Shown here one piece after another: positions 23,770 through 37,078 of a stretch of DNA of 64,000 nt. Source of the DNA: Carcharhinus amblyrhynchos (Eukaryota); assembly GCA_965287045.1 (NCBI GenBank), contig OZ336884.1, positions 58,156,001 to 58,220,000 of the forward strand, written 5' to 3'. The notes beneath the pieces were generated by a model that did no database searches, was not told the origin of the DNA, and saw only the letters and a list, made by a program, of their open reading frames with translations. A program made the translations under genes and the position numbers. Numbering within the stretch: position 1 is the first letter of the stretch; each line of letters begins with the position of its first letter.

Positions 23770-26433
23770 GGCTCAGTTCCACTTTCCCACCCTCTCCCCA
23801 TAACCCTTAATTCCCTTGTCTGTCAAAAACCTATTTACCCGTGACTTAAATATATTTAGCGAGGTAGCCTCCACCACTTCAACGGGCAGAGAATTCCAGA
23901 GATTCACCACCCTTTGAGTGAAGAAGTTCCTCCTCAACTCCGTTCTAAACTGCCCACCCCTTATCTTGAGTCCTGCTATCCTTTCTAAGCGGGAAGAATC
24001 TCTCTACCTCTACCCTATCCATCCCTTTCATTATCTTGTACGTCTCTATAAGATCCCCCCTCATCCTTCTAAACTCCAACGAGTACAGACCCAGTCTATT
24101 TAGTCTCTCTTCATAGTCCAACCCCCTCATCTCTGATATCAGCCTCGTGAACCTCCTCTGCACTCCCTCCAAGGCCAAAATATCCTTGCGCAAGTGCGGT
24201 GACCAAAACTACACACAGTACTCCAGCTGCGGCCTCACCAGTACCCTGTACAGTTGCAGCAAGACCTCCCTACTTTTATGTTCAATCCCCCTCGCTATGA
24301 AGGCCAGCATCCCATTCGCCTTCTTGATCACCTGCTGCACCTGCAGACTGAGTTTTTGCGACTCATGCACAAGGACCCCCAGGTCGCTCTGCACTGTAGC
24401 ATGCTGCAGCCTTTTGCCCTTTAAATAGTAATCCCTCCTACTATTATTTCTGCCAAAGTGGATAACCTCACACTTGCTAACATTATACTCCATCTGCCAG
24501 GTCCTCGTCCACACGCTCAGCCTATCCAGATCTCTCTGCAGACTTTCCACACCCTCCGCACAATTTGCTTTTCCGCTCATCTTCGTGTCATCAGCAAATT
24601 TCATCACCCTAGACTCAGCCCCCTCCTCCAGATCATCTATATAAATGGTAAATAGCTGAGGCCCCAGCACCAATCCCTGTGGCACTCCACTAGTCACCAA
24701 CTGCCAATCAGAATAGCACCCATTGATACCAACTCTCTGCCTCCTATTAGACAACCAATCCTCTATCCACGCTAACACCTTACCCCCAACTCCATGCCCC
24801 CTAACCTTCTGAAGCAACCTTTTGTGCGGCACCTTATCAAACGCCTTTTGAAAATCGAGAAACGCCACATCCACCGGTTCCCCTCTTTCTACCGCACTAG
24901 TCACATCCTCATAGAAATCCAATAAATTTGTCAAACATGACTTCCCCTTAACGAATCCATGCTGTGTCTGCTCTATCAAACCATTCTTTTCTAGGTGCCT
25001 CGCTATTTCTTCTTTAATGATGGATTCAAGCATTATTCCAACTACAGACGTTAAACTAACCGGCTTATAATTCTCTGCCTTTTGCCTGCTACCTTTTTTA
25101 AACAGCGGTGTAACATTAGCCGCTTTCCAATCTTCTGGCACTTCCCCGGAATCCAGCGAAGTTTGATAAATAATCACTAAGGCATCTATTATCACCTCTG
25201 CCATTTCCTTCAGAACCCTGGGATGCATTCCATCCGGTCCTGGGGACTTGTCCACCATCAGTCCCGTTAGTTTATTGAGCACTACCTCTCTAGTGACAGT
25301 AATCACATTCAGGCCCTCAACTCCTACCATCCTTCTATCTTTAATATCCGGCAAACTACTCGCGTCCTCCTCCGTGAAGACTGAGGCAAAAAACTTATTT
25401 AAGGCCTCTGCCATTTCTCATCTCCCACCACTAAGTCCCCCCTCTCATCCTCTAAGGGTCCAACATTCAATATATTTCTTCAGAGCACTGAGAAAGATCT
25501 CCTTAAAGATCCTCCATTGTTCCTCAGCAGTCCTACCAACCAATCTGCGCCCCCAATCTACATTTGCCAATTCCTCTCTCATCCTATTGTACTCCCCTCT
25601 GTTCAAACAGAGGACACAGGTTTGGGACCCTACTTTCTCATCCTCCATCTGTATCAAAACTCAACCATACTATGATCGCTCGTCCCAAGAGGATCCCTCA
25701 CAACATGATCCCTAATTCTTCCTGCCTCGTTACGAAACACCGGATCTAAGATAGCTCGTTCCCTTGTTGGTTCCGTCACACATTGTTCAAGGAAACTATC
25801 TCTACAGCATTCCAAGAACTCTTCCTGAAGCCCACCGCGTCCGACATGGGTCAACCAATCAATATGCAGATTGAAATCCCCCATAATTATCGCCGGTCCA
25901 TTTCTGCACGCATCATTTATCTGCTTGTTTATAGCCCGCCCCACCTCCAAGTTATTATTTGGGGGCCTATAGACTACACCCATCATCTTTCTCCCCTTAA
26001 TGTTCCTCATCTCCACCCACAACGATTCCACATTTTGCTCTTTGGAGCCTATATCTTCCCTTACTAACACCCTGATATTATCCTTAATCAGCAGAGCTAC
26101 CCCACCCCCTTTTTCCTCCCATCTATCCCTCCTAAATACTTAATACCCCTGGACATTCAGCTCCCAGTCCCTGTCACTCTGCAACCATGTTTCCGTAACG
26201 GCCACCAGATCATATCCATTTGTGCTGATCTGCACCACCAGCTCATTCACTTTGTTCTGAATGCTTTGTGCATTCAGGTAAAGTGTCTTTATCCCAGCCT
26301 TTATCTGTACCCTATTTGAAGGAACGCTACCAACCTTTCTCATGCCCCCTACTCCCTCTATTATTGGGACATCCTCAACATTTTCCCGCGCCCGTACCTG
26401 CTCTTTTACTTTAGATATTGTAATTTCTCCCAC
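23770..26433 (-). pseudogene. CR1 ORF2: APE endonuclease plus reverse transcriptase (disrupted)
   Basis: YLNAQSIQNK..VTETWL, GDFN, SDHS (APE). QHGFVKGKSCLTNL, LDFQKAFDKV, GVPQG..FADD (RT). Confidence 0.93.
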
Positions 26434-26455
26434 CCCTGCACCCTTCCCCCCCCAA

Positions 26456-27446
26456 TTAGTTTAAAGCCCTATCTACAGTCCTAGTTACACGATTCGCCAG
26501 GTCTCTGGTCCCAGCACGGTTCAGACGAAGACCATCCCATCTGAACAAGTCCCATCTGCCCCAATACTGGTGCCAGTGCCCCATAAATTCGAACCCATTC
26601 CTCCCACACCAATCCCTGAGCCACCCATTCATCTCTTTAATCCTATTTACCCTACGCCCATCTGCACGTGGTTCAGGTAGTAATCCAGAGATAACCACCT
26701 TGTCGGTTCTGCTTTTTAATTTGACTCCCAGCTTTGCATACTCCCTCTGCAGATCCTTAGTTCCCATTTTGCCTATGTCATTGGCACCCACATGTACCAC
26801 AATGACCAGATTCTCACCCTCCCACTCCAGGTTCCTCTGCAGCCCAGATGAGACATCCTGGACCCGAGCACCAGGCAGACAACACACCCTTCTGTATTCT
26901 TTATCATTGTGACAAAGGACAGTGTCTATACCCCTAACTACACTATTCCCAATTACCACTACATTCCTCTTTATTACTTCCTCTTTGTCCTGTGTCTGCA
27001 CCACTGTACCGTGGGCAGTTTGCTCATCAACCTTACAGCCCTCATTCTTGTCCACACTGGGAGCAAGAGCCTCAAACCTGTTGTGCAGATTGGGAGGCTG
27101 AGGCCTTTGGATCCCCCCCTCCTTCCTCTCCACTGCCCCCTCCTTCCTCCCCACTTCCCCCCTCCTTCCTCCCACCCTTCCTCCCCTCAGCAGCACCCTC
27201 TTGTTCCTGACCTTCAGAGTTAGCCAGACTAGGGGGTGTGAATCTCTCTTGTACCCCATTATCCATGTTACACTCCCTCTCCCTGATGAGCCTCATTGTC
27301 TGAAGCTCAGAGTTCAGCTCATTTACTTTGAGCTGGGGCTCTTCAAGCAACCAGCACTTACTGCAGACATGGTCACTGGGAAGGACCTTGGGGTCCACCA
27401 GCTCCCACATCATACAGAAACAGTACATCACATGCCCCTCCATCAC
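26456..27446 (-). pseudogene. CR1 ORF1: N-terminal Cys zinc-finger/leucine zipper plus SGNH esterase (frameshifted)
   Basis: YCFCMMWE..HVCSKC..LKVNELNSELQTMR, then VVVIGNSVVRG..CCLPGARV..VHVGANDIG..DGLRLN (SGNH blocks). Confidence 0.88.
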
Positions 27447-27745
27447 AGTCTTAGTGATTTCTAAACACAGTTAAGAATTTAATCTTACCTCACCCTTTTC
27501 TCCCAAGCCCTGTTATCCAAAGCCCTTACTGCTCACTCTGCTTCCCTCTCACTCCGCTGCCTGCTGTTTACAGCAATCCTCCTTTTAAACTTTGCGCGGT
27601 AAAAGAAACCCTCCCCACAAAGCCCCGTGGCCCACTTCCTGTCTAATTTTTGAAGCAGAAAAACCGTTACAAAGCCCGCGAAAATCTTTACAAAGGTAAT
27701 CGCTTACCTTTACTCCGTGCAACCTTCATTCCACTCGCTCCAGTG

Positions 27746-28335
27746 AACATCGTAGTCCCAAGTTCCAATCCATGCTCCAAGTTCACCTGCCTTATTCTGG
27801 ACACTCCTTGCATTGAATTAGACACACTTCAACCCATTTTCCTGTCTGCCGGTATATTCCTGCGACCTTGATACCCTTCTCAGTACCTCACTACACTCAA
27901 CACTGGCTTCTGGACTACAGCTTGTTTCCCATCTCCCTGACAAATTAGTTTAACCCCCCTCCCAAAGAGCCATAGCAAATTTCCCTCCCAGGATACTAGT
28001 GCCCCTCTTGTTCAGGTGCAAACCATCCTGTTCGTACAGGTCCCACCTTCACCAGAATATGCTTCAATTATCCATGTAACTGAAACCTTCCCTTCTACAC
28101 CATCCCTACAGCCAAGTGTTTATCTGCACTCTCTCCCTGTTCCTCAACTCACTAGCACATGGCACCGGCAACAAGCCAGCGATGACAGCATAGTTTGTCC
28201 TGGCTCTCAGCTTCCACCCTAGCTCCCTAAATTCCTGTTTTGAATCCCTGTCCCTTCTCTTACCTGTGTCTTTGGTACCAATGTGTACCACGACTTGTGA
28301 CTGTTCCCCTTCCCCCTTAAGTATCCTGAAAACAC
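27746..28335 (-). mobile_element. Older CR1/HER1 LINE: ORF1 esterase end and ORF2 APE start
   Basis: VVVHIGTKDTG..FRELGWKLRART..IAGLLPVP (esterase) and FNARSVQNKAGELGAWIGTWDYDV (APE start). Confidence 0.85.
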
Positions 28336-30459
28336 AGTCCGTGTTTTCACCCATATGTTTCACCCATAGTCTTTGAAAGCAAGAATCATGAACTGGGATA
28401 AGCATCAATTCATCATTACATCTGTTCACATCAGAATTGTTAAATAATCAGCATTCTACAGTGATAGAGGGAGGAAAACCATTTTCACCTTGTCAGAGAT
28501 AGACTTATTGCAATACAGATTTACATCTGTTGTCTCTGTTGTGCATAATTCTGGGATTGTCCTTGACTAATGAATCACATTTATTTGGAATAGCTAATGT
28601 GATTTTACAGTGCTAATTCAGTTGATGAACAGAGCCCCTGATGCAGAACACCATTTAAAATTTCAGTTTATTAAAGAAACCCAAATTCCTCAAGTGAGCA
28701 AGGCAAAGAGAATCCATAAATCATTCCAAGTTGATGCTTTAGGCATTTCATAACTTCGAAAACTATTTTTTGTTAGTAAAATGAAGCAAAAATGTTCATT
28801 ATTTCAATTTTAATCAAGTGAAAGAATAAAGTAAAATTTGACATGAGCATCCAAGTAACCCACAATGTTTATTTACCAAGGAATTTCTGTTGAACAAGGT
28901 TTTAAAGTTTTGGATATGATCAGGCATAAAATGCACTCTCTGTTGATAAGTGCAGGAAAATGAGATTAGCGTGCTTTTAGTAGTTGTTGTCGGTGCAAAC
29001 TTGATGAATTGAAGGGCCTTTCCTGCGCTGTATGACTCTGTTTCATCCAACTAATTTTGACCTCAGCTAATCCTTTGGGGCAGGGTGAGGATATTGGTAG
29101 AGTGGAGGAATGCCAAAACTTCCATCTAAAACAAGAGGGAGAGTCATAGAGGCATGAAAATCGTGTTCACTTCATATCATTAAGAAACCAATGCTATTTC
29201 CCAACCCCAATGACACTGCCTGCTACTGTTCACAAAGCTTGGGACAAATGCTATTATTTGATTCTTTCAAGTGGTATTCAGTATTCAAACAGTATTCAGT
29301 AACAGTATCCCGTGTGCAGCTGTAGCAAACATTTTCTCACCTTTTTCTTGTACCAATTTATTGAGCTTTAAGTTATTTAACTTACTTCATTAACCATTGT
29401 AGACTTTGACGTTAAAAGAAACTTTCAGTGTTGCATTTGTTTCTCATTAAGTCATGTCCATTCTTTGTTGTCCAATTATTTCTCCATTGCCGGTGAATTT
29501 TTGTTTCCGGTGTATGACCAATTCATTTTCAAAGGGTGGTCAATGTGAGATTGCAGCATGCCTGCGCCAGTGATGTTGGAGCAGGACTGCAGTGCAGGCT
29601 GGTTGGGTTGGGCTTGCTGGTGCTAGTCAGACAAGTTCTTGTGGCGGGGAAAGGGGGGAATCTCGGGGGATGGGTTGGTGTGGAGGATGGGTGTGCCCTT
29701 TCAGTGGAGGTGCGCTACCCTCTGTGGGTTACTGGGTGCCAATGAGGATGTCTCCTGAGCTCACAGGGAGACCCCCAGCTTCTACTGGCATGGTGTGCAT
29801 CTTCACCATCAACTTCCCCCCTCCCCCACCACTGGTATTCTACCAGTGGGGGTGGATGAGTCCCTTAAGTTTTATTCACTCAAAGGCCTCAATTGACCTC
29901 TAGATGGAAGGACGATTGTTGACTTGAATTTAATCGGTAGGGTGGGGATGTGTCATAATGTGGATTCTTTAATCTTGACTGCATGGAAGGAAACCATCTG
30001 AGTAAACTGATTGAAATGCTGTTTTACGACTCCAGTGGTGTGCTCAATGAATATTCTAGTTCAACAGAAAACTGATTATAGCAGAGTTCCATAGCTGACC
30101 ATGGATTCCGAAGAAATACCATAAACCAGGCGTGCTGGGAATAGCATTCAGCCACCAAGCAGATAGCCTGCCTTTTAACATGCAAGGGAAAACATTGGGG
30201 AATGAACGATGAATGCACTATAAAAAGATTAGAGCGTCTGGATCTGTCAAGATAAAAAACTAGAGACCTTTGTGATACACTATTGGTTATCATGCATCCA
30301 CAGGCCATAGGCACTTATCTTGTGTGAAGAAGCCTGCACAGTGTTAAAGGTGTAGTTAATAATAAGCTGGACATGTGAATAGTGAATCTTTCTGCTCAAA
30401 TGAATTTGCAAAGGCAGTGCTGTACTAGATGAAGCATGTGGCGTTGCAAAATGCAACAA

Positions 30460-31520
30460 AGAGGAGTGTGCAAAGGGACTTGGATAGAGTGGATGAGTGG
30501 GAAATAATTTGGCCGATGGAGTATAGTGGAAGAAAATGTGAACTTATCCACTTTGGCAAGAAGAACAGAGAAGGTGTTTACAATTTAAATGGAGATATTG
30601 CAAAACTATGCAGTACACAGGGATCAAGTGTCCTCGTATAAAAATCCCAAGAGGTTACAATGCAGGTACAGCAAGTGATTGAGAAGGCAAATGGAATGTT
30701 GTAATTTATTGAAAGGAATGGAATATAAAAGTAGGAAAGTTTTTTGTTAAAGACGCCTTTGATGAGACCACATCTAGAATGCTGTGTACAATTTTGATCT
30801 CCTTACTCAAGAAAGGATTTAATTGCGTTGAAAGTAGCTCAGAGCAGATTCACTCGACTGATTCCTGGAAAGAAGAAATTATCCCATGAGGAAAGGTGGG
30901 CAGGTTAAGCCTGTATTCAACCGAGTTTGGAAGAATGAGAGATGATATTGTTGAACTACACAGGCGGGAATTTTCTGACCTCACCTGCCACTGGGATGGT
31001 CTGGTCCCACTGATAATCAGTAGAACTTTGTCTACCTTTAAATTTGTTTACAGGATATGGGCATTGCTGCCTACGCCAGAATTTATTGTCTATCTAAATT
31101 TCCTTGAGAAGGTGGCCTTTGCATCCCTTGCAGCAGATCCCATCATGATAGGGCTGAAAAATCCCGGCCATACGATCCTGAGGGGACATGACAGGATGGA
31201 TGCTGATCCACCCTTGCTTCCCCTTGTGGGAGAGACCAGCAAACCACTCCCCCCACCCCTTCCATCGTATAAAAAACAAGGGGTGTCTCATTTAAGATGG
31301 AGATTAAGAGAATTTTTTTCTTTCAGAAACTCGTTAGTCTGGGGAATTCTCTTCCCCAGGGAGCTGTTGAGTTAAGGTCAGTGAATATTTTTATTAAATA
31401 ATTAGACAGAATCTTGATTGTCAAGGGAGTCAAAATAGGTTGAGGTCATAATCAAATCAGTCGTGTCCTCAGTGAATATTGGAGCATGCTGGAGGGGCCA
31501 AAAAGCCTACCCCTGCTCCC
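30460..31520 (+). mobile_element. Old CR1 3' region with nested MITE (30962-31170)
   Basis: VQRDLDRVDEWEIIWPMEYSGRKCELIHFGKKN. MITE ends aggcgggaatttt..aaaaatcccggcc. Confidence 0.8.
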
Positions 31521-31967
31521 AATTCATATGTTTAAGCGTTCATTTTGGCATTACCCCTCCGGAAACCAGTCCCTTTTATAAAATAAACTGTTCCGCATGG
31601 AATTGCAGAGACACTGGATCTCAAATCTCTGTTATTATGGCAAGTGCATATCCTTCAACTGCACTTTGATTGGAATTCCTTCTTAAAGAACCAGAGGAGA
31701 GATGATGAGAAATCCTTTTGTGCTACAGTTTGTTATGATTTGGAATGTACATTCGAGACAGGGTGAGAGAAACAGATTCAGTAGTGACCTTGGAAACAGT
31801 GGTGCTGCTGATACTGAAGAATTGTCAGCTCTCTTGTTGGCTCTTCGATCTTGGGGGCGGCATCTTCACCCTTAAAGACACATCATCCACAATCGCAGGC
31901 AGTTTAACAGAAGTGACCGCAAATGTGTGCCTTGGCAGGTTGATAGGACCACTAAACTAAGCCCACT

Positions 31968-32097
31968 GTGTGCTGTATGCAGCACAATTTGGCTATTCAA
32001 CGAAGGGCACCTAGAACCACCACTTGAAGAAAACTTTCAACATGGTGAAAATGAGGACACTGGTGACATAGACGAGGGCAATATAGAAGCAGAAACC
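31968..32097 (+). pseudogene. Harbinger (HARBI1-like) DDE transposase C-terminal relic
   Basis: gtg tgc tgt atg cag cac aat ttg gct att caa cga = VCCMQHNLAIQR (CCxLHNxA motif), followed in another frame by an acidic tail LEENFQHGENEDTGDIDEGNIEAE. Confidence 0.55.
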
Positions 32098-34799
32098 TAG
32101 CGGCATTGCTGAGAATTTCAGATGAACAATACATGCACCCTTCATGATTAACATCTGCCTCAGTCGTCTCACCCAAAAAAAATTCAGCCTCAGCCCAATC
32201 CCAAAATTAATCATGCAAAATAACGTTGGAAGACCACCAGATAGTGCAGAAACACTGCACACAATAATTTCAAGCTATGCTTTGTGGTTTATAGGAAGGC
32301 TATAAACAATTTTTCAATCCAATATGAGTCATTAAGAATGATAACTTAAAACTTACTAAATGTTGTACTTTGTAACCAGCAAGCTTACCAGATGAGAGTT
32401 GACCAAAAAATACTTCAGATTTCCAGTGCCTGCAGTATTTCACTTTTGATTTTTTTCCAAGAGTTGGCTTGGAAAGTTTATCAGAAACAAAAGCTCAGTG
32501 AATTGGTTAAAACTTCTTTTTCTATTTCAACAATTCAGTGGGTTGGTCAAAATGTTTAACACACATAGCAAATTCTAGTTTATAAATTATTCTCAATTAC
32601 ATATCATCAGCATTCCTGTGGAGATTCCAGCAAAAGCTTAATTGTGATACCTTTAGTTTCGAGTCATATTTAACAGTTTATGGAGATAGCTTCATGATAC
32701 TATAGTTATCCACCAACCTTTGGTTTTCCCCAGTCATTAATCTCTCAAGTGGAACCCTGTACTGCCCATGAATTATTTACTGGTAATGTGACCCTGGAAC
32801 AATTAATTATTCAGGCTCGTAACTGAATCACAATTCTTTTCCGGCTTCAGTCTAGTCCTCTGCAGAATCTGCTAAATCGTCTCTGCTTATACTGATTATA
32901 AGATATCCGCTTGCCTGAAGAGAAAAGTTAGGTCAGAAGGTCAAAGGGTCTTACGTGGATTGAACTGAAGATGTGACATTGCAAAGCAGCTTGGAAGGTT
33001 CAGAATTCGTGGTGAGTATTTGAAGACCTCTGTGTTCCCTGGGAGAAGGTGATAATGTAAGTGCAGGAGTTTATAAATTGCCACACTTCAAATGTTAAAA
33101 ATTATCACTCGGCCAGGAAAATGTAGATAATTGTGGAAGGTTATGACATCCTTTACGGCATCCAGTACATTTGAGAAAGGCACTAATCGCAGAGTGCAAT
33201 TAAGATGGTAAACAAAAAATCTTATCTGTTCCTCATTGTGTTTTACAATATTTCAATCTAACTGAAAATAAGAGTGCCAGAAGTGTTAAGTCTTAAGTTA
33301 ATAACTGATCTTTGACCTGAAATATTGGAAAGATTTTTGACATGTTTTCTATGCTGTGGCGGATGCAGCAAGCCAGCCAAAATTCTATTGGTTCCGGTGG
33401 GACTGGATGATCCTGCTGGCAGGCAGAGCTGGAAAATCCCACCCAGTGAGCCAATGCCAAATTAACAGAAATATCTGGTATTTTCCTGCTTGTATAGAAA
33501 ACAGTGACATTTAACAAAATTAACAACATTATTTCAACACTAAGCCAAACTTATTTCATTGCAGTAAATCTGATATTAGCAATGCAGATGTATAATAATT
33601 ATTTAAACTTCTATTTTAAGTGAATTTTTAAAAAATTGAATCTGGCAATGACATGGTTAAAATCATAGGAAGGTAATTTCAAACTTCTATCTAAAATAGC
33701 CTTTAAGTTTGTGTTGTTGCTTTGGTGCCTGTACAAAAATATGGGCATGTTTTTACCAGGCAGTTGTGGGCATTGTAGATAAACCAGTTGGGTTAATTCT
33801 AGAGCTGGCCCTCAGGCAGGTGGACAGAGTCTGCTGAGCAGGGTGAGTGGATATGACCCAGGGGCTGGATTGCGATGGAGCCCAAAACATCTCCCACACC
33901 AGCAGAAAAGAAATTGTGCATTTTTCAAACCAAAAAGATGCTTTTTATGAGTGGTTGCCAACCACCCTTTCAAAGGACAGTTTGGTGAAAACTTGGTACA
34001 GACGAGGCTAGCATATAGAGTGCATACCATACCTAACTGTACATTAACATTTGAGCTGCGCCCTCTGAGTGCTGTAGGAGCCTAGTTTCTTTGTTTGAAC
34101 AGCAGTCTGTCTGTTTTGAGTAGGACTGCTATCACCTGCTGAAAGACCAACCTGTAAGTTGAATCAGTAAACCAAACGACAGTCAAAGAAGGCTCCAGTT
34201 GTCTGGTAATCACCCATTCTCTTCCTGTGGTAAATTGATGCCTGACAGTTGAAAAATTTTCTACATGTTGCACAGCGCTGAGAAATATTAAACAACAGTG
34301 AGGTCTCTGGTTTGGTTGCTGGTCTGTGTTGATTTGCTTGAAGACACTGGTGAGGGAGAAACAGGTTTGATTGAAAGCAGCCATTCCTGATAGCTATGTA
34401 ATGGTGTCGGTTGAATTGTTTGCTTGTGGAAGTTGTTGGAAGACATGATTGGTTTTGATTTGAAAATCTCCCTATGCAAGTAGCCTGCTGACAGTTCCTA
34501 TCAAATGCAGAGCAGAGGAAGCAATTGAATGCGAGCAGCATTCAGGTTTAAATGCTACCCTTCACCATTTTCAGGGAAGAAGGAATGAAGAGAAAAATTG
34601 GATCATGAAATATATAAGTTAATTATGCTAGATCCTGACATTATGCAGTGGTGTAAAGTGGCTGAGAGCTGTTTCGTAAATAAGAAACAGGAATGTTATA
34701 AAGTGGGCTGCTGATTCTTTGTTGAATATTTTGCACTATCATACAATATTAAAGTTAGCTCCGTTGTTTTGTTCTTTGGGTAGCATAACAGAAGGTTTG

Positions 34800-35260
34800 A
34801 TGCATAGGAACAGGAGAGAGTCTTTCTGCCCCTCGGATATGTTCTGACATTCTGTCTGATCTATTCAATCCAACACCCTTGCTTCCATATCTGCAAATGA
34901 ACTTGTCAATCAAAAATCCATCAGTCTCAGTTTTGACATTTTTCATCGGTGCAGCCTCAACACTTTGGGGGCAGATGGGGGAATTCCTGTTTTCCTCTGT
35001 ACTTTATGTGAAGAATGTTTCTTGTCATTGCCGCTTAATGACCATGTCTAATGTTACGGTTTTGCCTCCTTGTTCTGGACTGCCTGACTCGAGCGATGCT
35101 TTTTCTCTATTGATGCCGTCAAATCCTTTAATCATCTTAGACACTTTGATTAAATAACCCTTAATCATTTATGTTCTAGAGTATTCAGGCTATCTGCAAT
35201 CTGATATAAAAATTGAACTCTTTTATTTCCTGCATCATTTTGATGTATCCGCCACCAGAT
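34800..35260 (-). mobile_element. Old CR1 3' fragment
   Basis: cataggaacaggag..gcccctcg tail and a KTETDGFLIDK-type C-terminal ORF2 remnant. Confidence 0.6.
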
Positions 35261-35264
35261 CAAT

Positions 35265-37078
35265 GAGATCCCCCTCTACTAAAACTGTTCACCAGTCCAG
35301 AATCATCCTGAAAGGTAACCCTCAGCTGCACACTAACTTGTAAACCCCTCTCCCCTGTTGCATTCATCCTCACGTTCAATAAAAAGTGCAAAGATTTCAT
35401 TTGTCACTAAGGTCAAGACTATCCATCAACTGCCTCTGCTACGCCTGTCTGTTCTACTAACCCCCCTGATAAGCTATCATCAAAGCTTCTCCTTCCCCTT
35501 GCCCTGAACTCACATCTTCCATTAATTTCTCTCCAATCTCTCTTATGGTCTCTCTGAGCTCATTGTGAGACCCACCTCCTGTCCTTCAATCCTATTTTTA
35601 CAAAACTGCTGATCACCCAACTTGCCTCTTGGCCCCTATTTTAGCTGATATTGTTTCTTTTGTTCCTCTGTCTCTCTCTCTCTCTTTCCCAAAGTACCTC
35701 TGAGGTCATCACACCACTTCTCAAAACAAAAGTTTTGACCCCACCATCCTTGCAAAATCGAGTCCCACCTCTAATCTCCCTTTCTTCGCCAAAGTCTTCA
35801 AATGTGTTGTTGCCTCCCATGTTTCCTGGAATTCCATGTTTGAATCCCTGCAGTGTAATCCCTGTTACAGTACCACTCATGCCATATTTACAAATAAAAA
35901 TCTGTGTAACTGATTCAAAGGTAAATTATTCCTTCTTGATGTGTCTGCAAATAATGTGCCTTTGACCACACCATCTTGGTGTGCCTCTCCTCATCCAATG
36001 TCATCAAGCTGCGTGAACTGCTCTCACCAGGGTCCTTTTCTTATCTATCTAATCATAACAGAGAATCACTTGCAATGTCTTCTCTTCCTGGTCCCATACT
36101 GTTACCTTCGGTGACCCCGTGCCCCAGAGATCAATCCTCGGATTGCTCCTATTTCATACCTACATTCTGCCCCTTGGTGACATCAACCAAAAGCACAATG
36201 TTAGTCTTTGCACGTACACTGATGACACCGAGCTATATATCACCATCACCCCTCTCTCTTCCTCCGCTGGTCCTCAATCATCAGTTCAAGGAACTGTACT
36301 TTAGAAAAGATGTATTGCCCTTGTAAAGAGTTTACCTCAGCAGCTGCAACAACAACAGCTTGTATTTATATTTCACCTTTTAATTAATGAAATATCCAAA
36401 GGTGCTTCACAGGAGCATTATAACCGTATATTCATATCTTCACTATGATTGCCTATTTCCACCTTTGTAACATTATCCAACTTTGCCTTTGTCTTTGCTC
36501 ATCTGCTACTGAAATCCTCATCTAGGTCTTTGTTACCTCCTGGCTGTTCTCCCACATACTCCTCCTCCCGCACCCCCCACCCCCACCCCCCGCCACCTCT
36601 GTAATCTTGAGGTCATTCAAAACTCTGCTGCCCAAGTCCCATTTCCCTATCACCCTTGTATTTGCTGACCTACATTAGCTCCCTGTAAAATAACATCTTT
36701 TCACTTTTGTTTTCAAATTCCTCCTTGCCCTCTTTCTCCCTTGTCTCTGTAATCTCGTCCAACCCCACAATCTGTTGAGGTATCTGCACTCATTCTGGCC
36801 TCTAGTACATGCCCAATTTTAATCAGTGGCCGTGCCTTCAGTTACCTTGTCCCCAGTCTCTGGAATAGACTCCCTCCAACTCTCTGCCTTCCTCCCTCAC
36901 TTTCTTCCTTTTAAGTCACTCATTTAAAGCCTACCTCTTTGACCAAGCTTTAGGTCATCTGATCTCACATCACCAACTCTGACTTGGTGTCATGCTTGGT
37001 GTTAAAATGCTTCTGTGAAGCACCTTGGGACTTTTCATTACATTGAGAGCACTGTACAAATGTAAGTTGTTGCTGTTG
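35265..37078 (+). mobile_element. L2 LINE, degraded
   Basis: [30 protein letters not shown] (L2 RT YADD region). L2 tail tgtgaagcaccttgggac..aaatgtaagttgttgctgttg. Confidence 0.8.

Larger units (their letters stand above)
23681..27742 (-). mobile_element. Near full-length CR1 LINE (5'UTR, ORF1, ORF2, 3' tail), inactivated
   Basis: ORF1 27446-26456, ORF2 pieces 26433-23770, (TTCTTATG)n tail at 23681-23696. Frameshifts and a ~270-bp deletion at ~25469 relative to the 39685-42245 copy. Confidence 0.95.

Noticed and set aside
34082-34541. Three overlapping minus-strand ORFs
   Set aside because: No domain motifs or splice structure. The T/G-rich plus strand explains the lack of stops.
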